NCBI RefSeq assembly: GCF_001194135.2
Contig: NC_068985.1
Location: forward strand, 26,090,002 to 26,154,001
Direction of reading: 5' to 3'
Origin: Octopus bimaculoides
Lineage: Eukaryota
DNA: 64,000 nt
Positions 11,601-26,600 of this stretch are shown in pieces (the stretch's first letter is position 1; each line of letters opens with the position of its first letter). Made by a program: the position numbers and the translations under genes. The notes under the pieces are model-generated. The model had not been told where the DNA came from and searched no databases. It worked only from the letters and a program-made list of their open reading frames with translations.

Positions 11601-14600
11601 AGTGATCCATTCATATCGGTGCAAAGGAAATATTCAAATGTTTGATAACAATGCAGACTAGTTTGACACTGACACAAATCAGACATACAGACAAATAGAA
11701 ATTTATGAAGAGAGAGAGAGAGAGTCATGTAATATACTGCTATATAAACAAAATCTATTACTTGTTTTTCATATATATAAGCCATAATTTTTTATTTATT
11801 TATTTATTTCTGAAATATGTTAGGCTTAATTGAAAGACTACAAACAGTTCGTAGGAACAATTTTTCTGTGCATGTAGTTTAAAACAAATTAAGATAATAT
11901 TGATTTCAAATTTTGGCATAAGGCCAGTAATTTCGGGGGAGGGAGGAAGTTGATTACTATCAACCCCAAAAGGATGAAAGGCAAAATTGGCCTCAGTGGA
12001 ATTTGAACTCAAAATGTAGTGACAGATGAAAAGCTGCTAAGCATTTTGCCCAGTGTACTAACAGTTCTGCCAATTCACTGCTTTAAAAATTAAGATAATA
12101 TTGAGCAGTTATTTGGCATCAAGGCGATGTAATCAATTGAATGTGACATGAACAAATTTAATACTAATCTTCTCAACAAGCCACTACCTTAATTTCATTA
12201 ACTGGATTGTAAAAATTTAAGGTTAATAAAGTTCTAAATCACTGAATGAAGATACTTCAATATTAAGCTTTCTCAAACTATTCTTGGTTCTTCAAGCAAA
12301 AAAAAAAAAGTTTTCAATCTAAATATGAATACTATTTAAAACTATTGTTGGTTCTTTCAAGTTTCAAATGAAATTAAGCTAGATAACTCAACTTCTATAG
12401 ATAGACAACATTCAGTTGGAAACTATAGGATATTTTTATAAAAGTTATGGCAAACATTAAATTATACAGATGTTCTCATCAACTGACTAAGATGTTTATC
12501 ATGCTGTTTCTAGCTTAGAGTAATCAATGTAGTTACAAGTATTATTTATACAAACTATTTTATTGAAAAGAATACCTACACTTACAAAGCAACCAATTTA
12601 ATCAGACACCAGTCAATGTAACTTTTGGGCCATGAGAAAAGCAAACGTACAATGGTATGTACTGAATACTTTATAGTTGTTTTTATTTACAGCACACCAA
12701 ATTTGTACATCAGGCTAGAATAATCTTCAAAAGATTGTTCAAATGATATAATCTATTTTTTTCTACGATACTCAAGATGAACTCACCAAATGCTAATTCT
12801 TCCTTGATAGTGTAATTAGTACATACCTGTTGAACTAAATCATTAATCCGTTCAGTTAACATGGCAACTTTTTCTTCTTTCAGAGCAGCAGCATTGCTTG
12901 AAGGCTGGAGATAAACAAATAGTTCAGATAAAAGTTTTTTTCAAAACAGCCATGTAAGTTAACATTCATTACCAATACTGCCCAAGACCATTCTTTGTCC
13001 TACCTATGCTACCAATCCACAGAAGCTGCCTGTATTTTTCTGGTCAATTAAATCTAAATTTATATCAGTGATAATACAAGATTTCACTAGGTAAAGATTT
13101 TGTAATACTGTTACAATTTGTCCTCTGAAATTTTGGTCATTTTTCTCCACACCCATTTTTTAAAATCATTTCTGTAATACTCTCTACCCTTTTTAATATG
13201 GATACCAGCTTCAAATTTAGGAGCAGTAACTCGAAATTTGAAGTGTTTTTGAAAGAACAAATGCAGCAGCATGTGAAAAATACAACCATAATCAAGTGGA
13301 TGATTATATATCAATTTCTGAGAGTGGAAACAACTCAAACAACAAGAGTGAAAACAACAATAAATTGATAACAGAAGCAGAATGAAGTGAAACGTTTTAA
13401 AATATTTCTTTCCCATTCTAATTAGTGTTCCTGTTTATTGATAAAAAAAAATACTGATTACTTCTTTTAACAATGTAAGTGTCCCAGACAATCAACATGG
13501 AGACCATAAATAAAGAGTAAAAAAGAACAAATAAAGTCCCAGATACTTAGATGAAATTCAGACATTTTTGTCATAAATATTAATAAATGGATAAAAGAAA
13601 TTAGGCCAATGGGCTACCAATTTGCAGCTCTGATGAATCTTACTTGTAGCTACTCACACATGTATTTCAAAACCAAGTCAACATTTTCATATATGTGACT
13701 AATAGTACACTATTTGGGAAAGGAAACTATGGCTTGTTGTTCAAAATACGACCCCTAATGGACACTTTACAAGACACTTCAGTTCTATTAAAAGCCTTGA
13801 AAATCATGATAAAGGTTGTTCACAGGTGAAAGACGGTAAGGTATAAAAGCTAGATATGTTTCTAACAAAATATGGCATGAAGGTTTGGAAGACTTATGAA
13901 CAGATGTTGGGTACTGCTGTAGGTTTTATTTTTGAGAAAAAAAAAATTTAAAAAAAAATGTGCAAGTCAGCATGGCCTGAAATATGGTGTGGTACGGAAA
14001 TCATCACTTCCATACTATAAACAACACCAAATATTTTTTTGACTAGTATTTCTCTTTGGTCAAGTATGTAAAGGCCTTAGAAGTTGTAATAACATATACA
14101 GATGTCATAAGGATGCAAATAAATAAAGAGGGTGTTGATGAATATATAAAAAATAAAAATTAAAACAAAGTAGGGAAATAATCCAACAGCAAAAAGGAAA
14201 TTTGCTAGTGAGTGTAGAAACAAGAGTCACAATAAATTTCTGTCCATATATGTTCAACCACTTAAAGATATAAGTGGCACACCATTTCTAAAATTCCATC
14301 AAAGCAGTTCAATTGAGGCAATATAGATTGATTAAACTGAACTATGAGCTTTTACGAGGTAGACCTGGTGGCAGCAACACTTGCTGTGATATACAGTAAA
14401 TATGAGTACTGACAAAATTTTTTTTTAAATTTTGTTAATAACCAAATCACAAAGAGTACGAAAGCAATGTACTCAGCTGCAGAATTGAGCTGAGGACAAG
14501 CTTTTCCTCAAAAAAAAAAAATCTACAGAGAAATATCCTTTTAAATTTGACTAACTTCATAATAGTTGCAAGATAGCATACTGAGAATGCAAATAGCAGA

Positions 14601-17600
14601 AATGGAAAGCAACCCAATGGGTGGTCAATTGAAATAACTTTCCAATGAGCATTCTGGAATACTTTATTTTCTCATTTGCCTTATTTTTGACTTTTTAATT
14701 TACCCAGAAACGGGGTGGCAAATTCTGCTTCATTAGTGATAATCTACTTTTGTGTACCTCAATTATATGCACTCAAGTGCAAATAAAAATACAAGAAGGT
14801 ACAATATTCCCTGACGTCCTTTATTGCAACTTTATTAATCCCAAAAGAATATTGGCTACTAACTCATTTTATATGGTAATATTTAAACAAAAATTTTAAT
14901 AATTTTAGATTTCACTGAATTTACCTGTAATTAAAGTAGTTTTGAGACAAAAATTCCATCATAGACTTATGTAAGAATCTTTTGCTATGTTGTGTTCCAA
15001 ACATCACCTTAATACATCAATAAACAAAAAAGTTGTTGTTTTATGAAAATAGCCTAAATTCACAATTATTTTACAATTTAACAGAAAGAGTATTTCTAGT
15101 TAGAAATATATTATAATGAATAGGTTAAGAAATCTTTTCTTAATATTTTCCTTCCTATATAATTTTTTTTATTACATTGTAAGCATAGGCTGGACAGTTC
15201 TGTTATGATTTATATAGAATACATGTTCTTGAATTAGTAAAACAGCAAAGTGAATGCAACTATAAGTCCTTCCTAAAAAATACAGGAAACTTGAGAAATC
15301 TTCAGTTTGAATTGTTACAGGTGGACAAGAAACACCAATGAGAAAGCATTGACTATGTTTAATATGGAATCTGGTATGAATGATAAGAGAAGTTAGTTCA
15401 TGAAGTTAGCCCTAGGTCAGCCCTGATTGATCTAACCTATGATCAAAAGGTAGTGAAGACATCCATTTTACTTTTTTTTTTCCAACCAAGTGTACCCTGG
15501 ACTATTTTATCCAGTGTCTCTTTTTATTTCCTCTTGTAATGATTCCTTTAGCCACTTTGTTCTAAAAAAGGAATTTCAAGATATTTGCTAATAAACACTG
15601 CGTCATCATTATTATCATTTAACATCCATTTTCCATGCTGGCATCAGCTGGATGGTTTGACTGGAGCTCATAAGGCCAGAGGTTGCACCAGGCTCCAATG
15701 TCTGTTCTGGCAAGGTTTCTGCCCTTCCTAATGCCAGCCACTCTATAGCGTATATTTTTTATATGTAGCACCAACACCAGTCCTTTTAACACGGTACCTT
15801 ATTTTCAGCAATACAAATACTATGAAAATAATTTTGTTTATGTCAAAATTTGTAATTGCTTAATACAAAATTCAAACAAGAAATACTTAGTGAAATTAAC
15901 AAAAAAACTAACTTAAAATATGAAAACATACAACAAATGAGGAATCAAAATCTTCATGAAAAATACTAAACTACTAAAACTTTATTTCTTATAACTATCA
16001 GGAACACCAGCCATGTAGCATGTTTACAAATAATCTATAAACATGTTTACCAGGCATATGCTCTAACCAGAAATTCATGTGCCAATGAGGAAGCCTCTAC
16101 TTAGACACATGACCAGCTAGAAATAGTGGTCAAATCTCCCTCAAGCACACCTACCATCTTTAAAAAGAGAAAGGCACATTAGATGGTGTAATCCTAGATA
16201 CACTGCATCTGAAAATAAGGTGAATTGGTTATGGTTGGAACACCTTTGACCACAGATCTCCTTGTGGAGTGGGGTGGTGCAAAATAACAGCTTATATTTG
16301 TTCTTCAGTTTTGAATAATTTTTACCAATTTCTATCCCTTATTACCTAAACAACAGCATTTTTCAACAAATTTGATACATCTGGAACTCAAAACATTAAT
16401 ATTTCTTAATACTATAACACATCACATTTTACTGGAAAATCTTAAATATTTAAAATGACTAGACTATATAATACATTTTTTAGATCTAACAAATGGTTTT
16501 AATGTTTATAAAACAAACGTTTTTACAAATAGTATACTGCCTTTTTTGTAAGAAAAATGCACTGTACTAAAAGAGGTGTATAAACAAATTTGAAAAACAA
16601 TTTACACTGTACTAAAAGAGGTGTATAAACAAATTTGAATTACTTACTGTTCCCTGGGTACTATTCAAGGCTAAGCGCTGATGGCCTCTTCGAATCCTTC
16701 TTTCAACATCAGAAATCAAAGTTTGAAGGAAACGCATAAATTCTTCCTCATATCCCATTTTTTCAAACCGACCACTTTTTGTATACCTTAAAATGATAAA
16801 TAAGTAAATATAAATCCACTGCCAAAAACAACACTGATAATAATGACTTCAAATTTTGGCACAAGGCCAGCAACTTTGAGGAAGTGGGTTATCAACCCAG
16901 AAAGGATAAAAGGCAGAGTTGATCTTAGCAGAATTTGAACTCAGAAAGCCAAGACAGATGAAAAGCTGCTAAGACATTTTACCAATGTACTAACAATTCT
17001 TCATGCTTACTGTCTTGAAGCAAGCTGATGATGATAATAATAATAATAGAATAAACACATATTTTTTGGTATAACTTTTGCAATTGATTTTTCTCCCTAA
17101 TGAGAGTAATGAATTAGATTGTTTCGTAAATTCAAACTTGAGTAGTACATAATCTCTCTCTCTCTATGTATATATATATATAAACATAATTAAGGGATCA
17201 GCAAACATTTGCTTCACCACATACCGAAGTTCAGAAATAGCAGCTAAAAAAGCTGAGACTCACAAAGGCAAAAACCTGCTTTCAGGTTGTGCCGATGCAT
17301 GAATGTTCACTCGTTCATGCAAGCACAGTTTTGTTAGCATAGTCGAATTTACTACTAGAATATCATACCGATGAAGGAAATTGAGTATTATCGCTCATAA
17401 TCCAGAAACGCGTCTATGATTAACTTCGAATGGTTAGTTTTCATTTGCTTTTTCTTCTTGTTTTTGCCTTTGTGAGTTACAAGTAATGCTATCTGTTGGA
17501 GTCTCAGCTTTTTTAGCTGTTATTTCTGAACTTCGGTATGTAGTGAAGCAAATGTTTGCTGATCCCGTAATTATGTTTATAAATGTATAAGAACTTTAAA

Positions 17601-20600
17601 ATAAGTTCTCCACCGATNNNNNNNNNNNNNNNNNNNNNNNNNNNNNNNNNNNNNNNNNNNNNNNNNNNNNNNNNNNNNNNNNNNNNNNNNNNNNNNNNNN
17701 NNNNNNNNNNNNNNNNNTACGTTTTTGCGTCGTAACTCCTTTATTATTATTTATATATACATATATACATACATACATATCCTTTTTTACTTTTACTTGT
17801 TTCAGTCATTTGACTGTGGCCATGCTCGAGCACTGCCTTTAGTCGAATCAAAACGACCCCAAGACTTATTCTTTGTAAGCCTAGTACTTATTCCGTGTGT
17901 GTGCGTGTGCGTATGTGTGTGTGTGTCATATGTATGTCGAATACATTTTACAGTATGATGCAATTCTGAAGCATGAAGCTTCTTTGCCTAAAGTGACAAT
18001 TCTTAGGTTCAAATAGCAGTATAAGTGGTCTTGCATTTTTAATCACTCATCACCTCAAGTAGTTTCAAGAGTTACAGATGATGAACAGAAGAATTTGTTT
18101 GCGTAGAAAATTATCAATGAAGACAACAAAATAATTTACAAATAATTTAGATATTTGCCATTTTGACAAGCAATCCACAATTTTTAAATTAATAATAAAG
18201 TCTACATAGAATGTCTCAAGCAGAAAATAATTTCAAAGGACACGTTTAAAACAGAAAATATAGTACTTAATATTAGAGAATATGTAACAAGGTTTATTTA
18301 ATAATACTGGACTGCTAAACCTAACTTCCATATATTTTGATCAATAGTTTTGATTCATTCTCTGAGTCTTTGGATGCCCTGTTAATACGTATAAATATAT
18401 CCATAAGCTGAATTTAAACTCAAAACTTTTATTTCTAACACTAGGTTTTAAGAGTATAAAACATCCATACTAAATGTGAATTTCTGAGCATATAGCCAAA
18501 CAACTTCTGGGCTTATTATGCAAGGTAGACAACACCTACAAAAAGGACAGGAGTACAGAGGATTCAGCCCTCTGGAGTTCTACCTCAATAAATGTCAAAT
18601 ATTTGGAATTAGAGTAATGCCATAAGTGTTTCGATGCTATTTTGGTCCACCAGCCAGCAGCACAAATTCTGACCGTCCAATAACACCTCTGGAACTTACA
18701 ACTAACAACATGTCAATGAAGTGAAGTGGAAGTTGAGAGAGCAAACAAGCTGGACATTAGTCATAGACATATATTTAATCTATTCTGATATTGGCACTCT
18801 TTTAATTCTTATAGTAAAGCAGTTGTCATGTTGGCTTGAGTTAAGAGTAGCAATTTTGTTTGTGATCATATCTTTCAAATGAAATCCATGGAACACATAG
18901 TGTAAACTGGATATGAAAGAAAAATGTAGCTAAACAAGATCAGAAACAAGGAGAAACAAGATACGGAAAAAAATTCAACAGCCAAAATAGTAAAAACTTG
19001 TGGCCTTCAGTAAAAAGCAAGAAATGATCCAACAAAAGTTTGACTTGAAATGATGAAATGAAGCTTTAAACAGGTCAAACCGTAAAAATCAGCAGTACTA
19101 AGACTCAGTGGAGTTAGAACTTCACTCAATCTTCCAAATTTTTGTACAATAAACTTTATTTATGCAAATAAAGAACAACTGATGCCATCTCAGGTCTTCT
19201 TTTTTTTAAAGTTCTTCAATTTTTAGGCTGAAGAATCAACAACATCTGCAAGAGGCAGACTAAAAAGTCAGTCACCATGTGCTGCTTTTTTGGCTAATGA
19301 TACAATTGTCTTCTGGTAATTATAAATTCCCAAAGACAATTTATGGATATTTAAACAGTAAATCTAGTATATGAGATTATTCATATGTGCACCATAGTAT
19401 ACTTTCTATTTAGAACTATGGATAGTTACGAAAAAGAAATTTTAATGTGTTAGTTTAAGATAATGAAGTCAGATTCAAACATAAATAGAGCAAACTTTCC
19501 TCTGATGATAACATTTTTTAAAGAATAATTACAAAAAAAAAAGTTGATTATAATAAAGAGACCATGTTGTGAAGTATAAATACATTTCAAGCAACACTTT
19601 AAAATTTTTTATTTTCTCACAGTTCATGTAAGAAAATAGAAGAATTTTTTAAAATTTATGATATCAAAAGAAAATAAATCAACCCAGTCTCTCTGTTAAA
19701 TTTTCTTTTTTTTTTTTTTTTTACATAACTTCTTTTGACAAAGTACAAAGGTGACTGAATCAAGTAAATGCATTACTGATAATGGTTTTACTGACTCAAA
19801 ACAAAATCAACTTGGGCAGAATTTGAACTCAGAACAAAGATAAAAACTAAATACTTTAAAGCTTTAAATCTAGAACACCACTATTGCTACTAATCCACAA
19901 TTTGAAAAGTTTATTACTTACTCTTTTCGTAATACATCATCATGAATTTTTTCACAATTTCCTGGAAAAGTAACAAGGATTCAATTAATAGTTTTCATTA
20001 TTCCATTTTACAAAATTGTAGTCTGTGTGTACATTGGGATGGCTGTGTTTAACAAGTTTTCTTTGAAATTACATGAGTTCAGGTTCAGCCCCACTACATA
20101 GCTCTCTTTAGGCAAGTGAATTCTACAAGTCTTGGAGTAACCAATACCATGAAGATGAAATTTGGGAGATGGAGGCTGTGCAGAAACCCAGTGTGTGTGC
20201 ATGTATGTATGTTGGTATTTGTCCAAATATCTTAGCACTGACAGCATTGAAGCTGTAGTCACATTGTTTATATTTGCCACTAATAAAAAGTTCAGCAGCT
20301 TGGCTGTCCAACATGCAAAGACAAGAGATAAAGTACTGTACTTGGAAAACAAGTCAGGAAGAGCATCAGACAGGATACTGCTTCACAAAGCCTCATCTAG
20401 CCCATGCCAGCACGAAAGTGCAGCATCAGTGTGCATGTACAATGAAGTGCACATATATTGGGCATCAGATGTAGTGTGCAAGAGAGAAGACAGTGCTAGT
20501 ATGGCCATGTGATGCATAAAGCTGGGGATAGCTGCATAAAGTACCAGTCGCTAAGGGTGGATGGGACCTGTGCAAGAGGAAGACAGGGGAAGATGTGGAA

Positions 20601-23600
20601 TGAAGTAGTGAAGAATGACATCTGACTGTTGAGCCTCATAGAAGAGATAACAAAGGACTGAACATAAGCATCAGACATGGCATGCAAGAGAGATGACTGC
20701 ACTGGTATGGTCATGTGTTACGTATGGATGAGGACGGCTGTGTGAAGAAGTGTCACACCCTAACAGTGGAGGGAACCTGTAGAAGAGGTAGACCCAGAAA
20801 GACCTGGGATGTGGTGGTGAAACACAACCTTTAAATGTTAGGCCTCACAAAGGCAATGACAAGTGACCAAGACCTTTGGAGATATGCTGCACTTGAGAAG
20901 ACATGGCAAGCCAAGTGAGATTATAGCTGTGGCCTATGCCAGTGTTGCATAACCGGCCCATTTAAGAGTACTCTTCAATTGTTGGGCAATATGCTGTGTT
21001 TGAGAAGACCTGTTGAGTCAAGTGAAATCACTGTCGTGGACAATGCCAGTGCTGGAAGCACATAAAAAACACCATTTGAGCATGGTCGATGCCAGTGGCA
21101 TGGAACAAGGACCCACTACTCGCGGAATGGTTGGCATTAGAAAGGGCATCCAGCTGTAGAATCCTTGCCGGATCAGTCTCCTGGCTTGCCAGTCCTTAGT
21201 CAAACCATCCAACCCATGCCAGCATGGAAAGCAGACCTTAAACGATGATGATGATAATGATGATATATAAACTATGTAGAACCTCCAAATAATCAACATG
21301 ATAAAAATATCAGAATAGGCTATCATCCAAACCAGGGGGGAAATTGGACACAAATCACAGAGTAAAATAATGAAGTTATACTTAGAAGAAAAAATTTCAA
21401 TTTTCTATACACCTATTTCTCATTTTAAATAACAAAAATAAAAAGTCCAGAGGAATTTAGCTACTATTAACCCTTTAGCATTCTGATTACTGCTAAATGT
21501 AATGCTCCTTTATTCACATTGCTTTAAATCAATCATGCAATATTTCATAGCTTCAATATTTTAATGTGATTGTTTATTTTTAGAATGACATTGCAGGGTA
21601 TGTATGAGGTAGGATCTGGCTGATGTGAACATAAAACAAGTAGAATATTTGGGTTGCACTTGACTGGTTTAAATGCTAAAGGGTTAAACATTTCACTGGA
21701 CAAAGATATTACTGATTACAACCTTAAAACATAGATTGCATTGTGGTGTGTTCTTAAGGAAGGTCATTCCATTCAGAAAACCAGTGTCAATCATACTTTA
21801 TCAAACAATTGTTGGGAACTATAAAAAATATCTGGCAAATCTTTTGACAGGGGCATTTGAAGGAATAAATTTGTAATCAATTCACTATGAATGAAAAGAG
21901 AAAAATTAAAATATAATCATATTCTCTTAGTCTTTCTCTGAAAAATTCATTATAAAGGAAATCAGATTTTGGGGTAAGTTATAATGATGAATTCATTAAA
22001 ATATTTTCAGCCAAAAATGCAAGAATTTATAACTGATGTAAATAGACTTATTATATAACTAGCTATGAACATAGACAATAAAGTTATTATATGAAGCAAA
22101 ATACTCACCAAGATCTGCTCTTGTATTAACAAATAACTCATGAGGACAAAACCCACACAAAAAGTATTTGCAAACCTGTTTCAAAACATTAAAAATATCA
22201 CAAAACAAATAAAATCTTTTCTATTCTGAATGTTCATGGGGCAACTAATATGCTAACATTTGTTATAAAATAATATTGTTGGATATTTACTCAGAACATG
22301 TGTTAAAAAAACAAAAAAACTAAAGCTTTATGACTGAAAATAATATAGCAACCAGTTGACAATAACACCAGTAACAACTGTCTTCACATGTTTTGTAGTG
22401 AGCTTGTTTCCTGTAAACAAGTGCACTATAAAACATGTAAAATCTTATTTTAATAGAAAAGTTAATTTCATCTTGATAAAATTTGAAAATAATAACCAAA
22501 TGGCAGTACATATTTAATGCTGTTTTTAAAAATCTTAATTTCACTGTCATCAACAACTATACTGCATACAACCAAGTGAGTATCTGAAGGGTTTGATATT
22601 TTCATAATACCTTAGAGGTATTCAGCCATTATCAGAAGCAGCATACTGTCAGTCATTTCTCGTGGTGCACTGAAGCACTTGTTCCACTTGTAAAAATACT
22701 GCTCTAGTATGTCACTGTATCCACATCGATCAGATACTGAAGTCAGTTCTTTTTAAAACACCAGGAGCAGAAAACTACAAATCCTGTTTTTACAACACAC
22801 ACACACCTTCAATGTTAATCACTTATTGACCATAATAGTCTTTTGTATGTGTGTGTTGGCTACAAGGAAGTTATTACTAGATTTAATTGTTGTTTAGATC
22901 CAAATCAGTCCTTTTGGAATAGACCACTAGTAAAACAACTGTGATCCACAGATTTATTGCATCAGATATACCATAACTAGCTGAATGACTGCAAATTAAC
23001 ATGAAGTGCTTTGTTACTGAGTTTGTTACCAATCAAATTCAGTGATCTTGCTAAATTCAATGATGTAGAAAAAAAAGTTAAAACTGGATTTTCAATAGGA
23101 AGGCTGATCACCCATTGATACATATCTTTGATCATAAATCAAACAAAATAAAACTCTCATACTCATTCCTAATGAAACTTTCCAATCTGGTACTTTTAAT
23201 GGGAACTACAAATCTAAAATGAACAAAATGATATAACTACCAAGCACCCTGTTCAGGTTAGAAAATACTTAAATTTCAAACACCTGCTGACCTAATACAC
23301 AATCTTATTTAAGTGCATTGCTCCTATGTTTTAATTGATTTTCCAGGACTAGTTTATGTTTAATAAAAAATAACTTATTTTCCTAAGTTTTAACATAATC
23401 TCCTTTGAAATAGTCACCTTGCACAGAAATACACCAGTCCCAGCATTCCTGCCAATTTTGGAATCCAGCCTGGAAATCATTTTCCATAAGGAAGTCAAGC
23501 ACCTTCTGTGATCCATTCTGGATCTTGACAACGGTGTTAAAATGGCAATCCTTGAGCTGCATTTTCATCTTAAGAGAAAAGATGGAAGTCTGCAGGTGCT

Positions 23601-26600
23601 AAACAGGACTTGTATGGAAGTGATACTATGTTATTTTTGGCAGAAAACTCATGAGTAGGAGAGCTCAGTGAAAGGGTGTATTATCATCCTGAAGAATCCA
23701 ATCCTTTGCATTCAACAGATCCAGTTGCTTTTGCTAAATGTCCTCCCACAAACGCTTCAAAACATTGCAGGTCTGGCCCTGTAGGATAAATTCTCAAAGT
23801 ATAACACCACTTTTCTGGGGGATGACGCTCATGACAGGTCGTCCAGATTGCTCATCATCTTCCACTCTTGAAGTGCCTGTGCCACTCAAAACATTGTGTA
23901 CAACTCATTGCCTCATCGCTGTAAACTTGCCAAAGTATGCTCAATGTTTCTGTAGCAGACTTCCCAAGTTTAACACAAAATTTCATGTGGGCTCTTTCTT
24001 CCTGTCCATGACAACAGCAAATATGTGATCACAAAAACACAAATTTCACAACTTGCGAAGTAAACACAGCAATGTCACTCAACATACTGCTTCATGAAGG
24101 TCATTGCACGTGCAACCGTGTGCTGCCATCTGTTGGTGCGCTACAGAACTAGTCCAGGAACTTGTTTCACTCACTGGAATGCAGCTATGCAGGGACACCA
24201 TATTGGAGGGTTGATGATCAAACCTTTATTTTACTACACGACCTTTTCTGCTCAAACCCTAAATTAGGGAGATGTAAACAAACTAACACTAGTTGTTAAA
24301 CAGTGAAAGAGAAACACAAATGCATACATATACATAACAGGCTTCTGCACAGATTTCTTCTACCAAATTTACTCACAAAATACTGGTTAACCTGGGGTTT
24401 TAATGAAATACCCAAGGTGCTGAGATTAATCCCGAAACCAACATAATTGCAAAGCAAACATCTTAATCTCTCATCCATGCAGTTAATGTAGATTTAACAT
24501 CAGTTTAAATGTCCGTTTTCTATGCTTACATAGGTCAGACAGAATTTGTTGAAATAGATTTTTTTTACAACCAAATGTATTTTTGTCACCAACCCTCATC
24601 TGTTTCTAAGCAAGGTAATATTTTTCAAGGCCGGGCAGGTTTTCTTGGAGGATTGGAGGCATTCAGATGAGGTCTACGGTTTGAGGATAATTTACTCTCC
24701 CTCCCACTATTTTTGGATGTCCTGCAAAATGGACATGAGCCTCAATACCAAAAAGTAAATGTAAAACATCCGCTGAGTTAACAAAGATTTAAAGTTTTAG
24801 ATTTTACTTCAGTAGATTTAGATGACAAAATTTTAGTTAAAGCTATGAAAAACAAAATTATTTTGGATGAGAAAAATGTTTTAAACTTTCTAGAGTATTT
24901 GCTACTCTTTTAAACTGATCGCTCATAAACTTCGGTTAAGCACATTTGTGAGCTCTTGCCTACATATCCATACAGAGAATACGGATTTTAAACGTAACAA
25001 AAATATCACTTTTGTCATTACTTATGTATTTAAAAATCCGCTAAATATTTTTTTTCGGTACTGTCATGATATTAGCTGTCAGAAGCGAAAGTAGAAAAAT
25101 CTAAACAAGGAATGTTACTGCTGGTTTGAGTTGAAATCTGTTTCTTTGGCTACTGACTGGCCGGAGCTATCTATCTATCTTTCTTTCTATTTATCTATCT
25201 ATCTATCTATCTGTCTGTCTATCTCTCGTCCACCTTCGTTTGTTTCCGTAGAATTTATCAAATTAGAAAAAAAAACTTTTTGGCTACTTCCATCATGCCA
25301 GCTCCACACGAGGGGCATATTTTTGGGGTAAATATATTTTTGCATTCTTCATTATTATTTTTAAAAACAAATCACATACACCAATCAGCACCACCACCAC
25401 GACGCGTAATCCAAAGTTGGAATTAATCACCGCGATATTGCCATCGCCACCGCTACAACAGAAAATAGTATTAATTGGCTTAAGAGACATGGACTTTTAA
25501 ATACCCCAAAAATATGACCCTCGTGTGGAGCTAGCATGATGGAAGTAGCCAAAAAGTTTTTTTTTCTAATTTGATAAATTCTACGGAAACAAACGAAGGT
25601 GGACGAGAGATAGAGAGATAGACAGACAGACAGACGGATAAATAGATAGCTCCAGCCAGTCAGTAGCCAAAGAAACAGATTTCAACTCAAACCAGCAGTA
25701 ACATTCCTTGTTTAGATTTTTCTACTTTCGCTTCTGACAGCTAATACCATGACAGTGCCTTTTTATCTACTCTAGGCACAAGGCCCGAAATTTTGGGGGA
25801 AAGAGTCAGTCGATTAGATCGACCTCAGTACGCAACTGGTACTTAATTTATCGACCCCGAACGGATGAAAGACAAAATCGACCTCGACGGAATCTGAACT
25901 AAAAACGTAAAGACACGAAATACCGCTAAGCATTTCGCCCGGCGTGCTAACGATTCTGCTAGCTCGTCGCCTTCAAATTGTAGAATATTGTTTTACGAGT
26001 GGAATATCGAAAGAATTTAAATAATATTAACTTAAAACAATATCAGAAAAAAAGCTATAACAAAGTTGCTGGAAATTTTATGTAAGGAAATAGGGACTGC
26101 ACGTTTCTTTTTAAGAAAATGGCTTGTTTACACGGGTTAAGTCTCAGATACTTGAATACTGTTGACAATCAAACACAAGAGGAAGATAAAATCAATCCTC
26201 GTAAGATATGAACACAGATCATAAAGGGACGTAACTAAACACTGCTACGCATTTGGACCAGCACTTTCTACTACTGTGATAATTTCTAACTTTAGCATGA
26301 ATAATAATAATAATAAATAATAATAATAACAATAAACTTAGAGCATCAAAAATAAAAGCACATAACAATGAAAAGATTTACGCTAACAAAGAGAAAGTTT
26401 CTATGAAAAGAAATTAATGAAACATAAAGCGCTGATAGTATTTGAAAAATATAACGAAAACAAAGAAAATGTAAAAGATTACATTAGAACGATATGACTG
26501 GAGCGCACTGAACAATTTTGAATGTTAAATACAATTAAACGATACTTTAAAATAAGATTATGTTACACGAAAAACATTTTCTTTTCTTCAAAAAGATTCG

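Noticed and set aside
21979-22041. C/D-box snoRNA-like ATGATGA...CTGA with a short terminal stem
   Set aside because: Only about 53 nt between box ends and antisense to the host gene LUC7L3.
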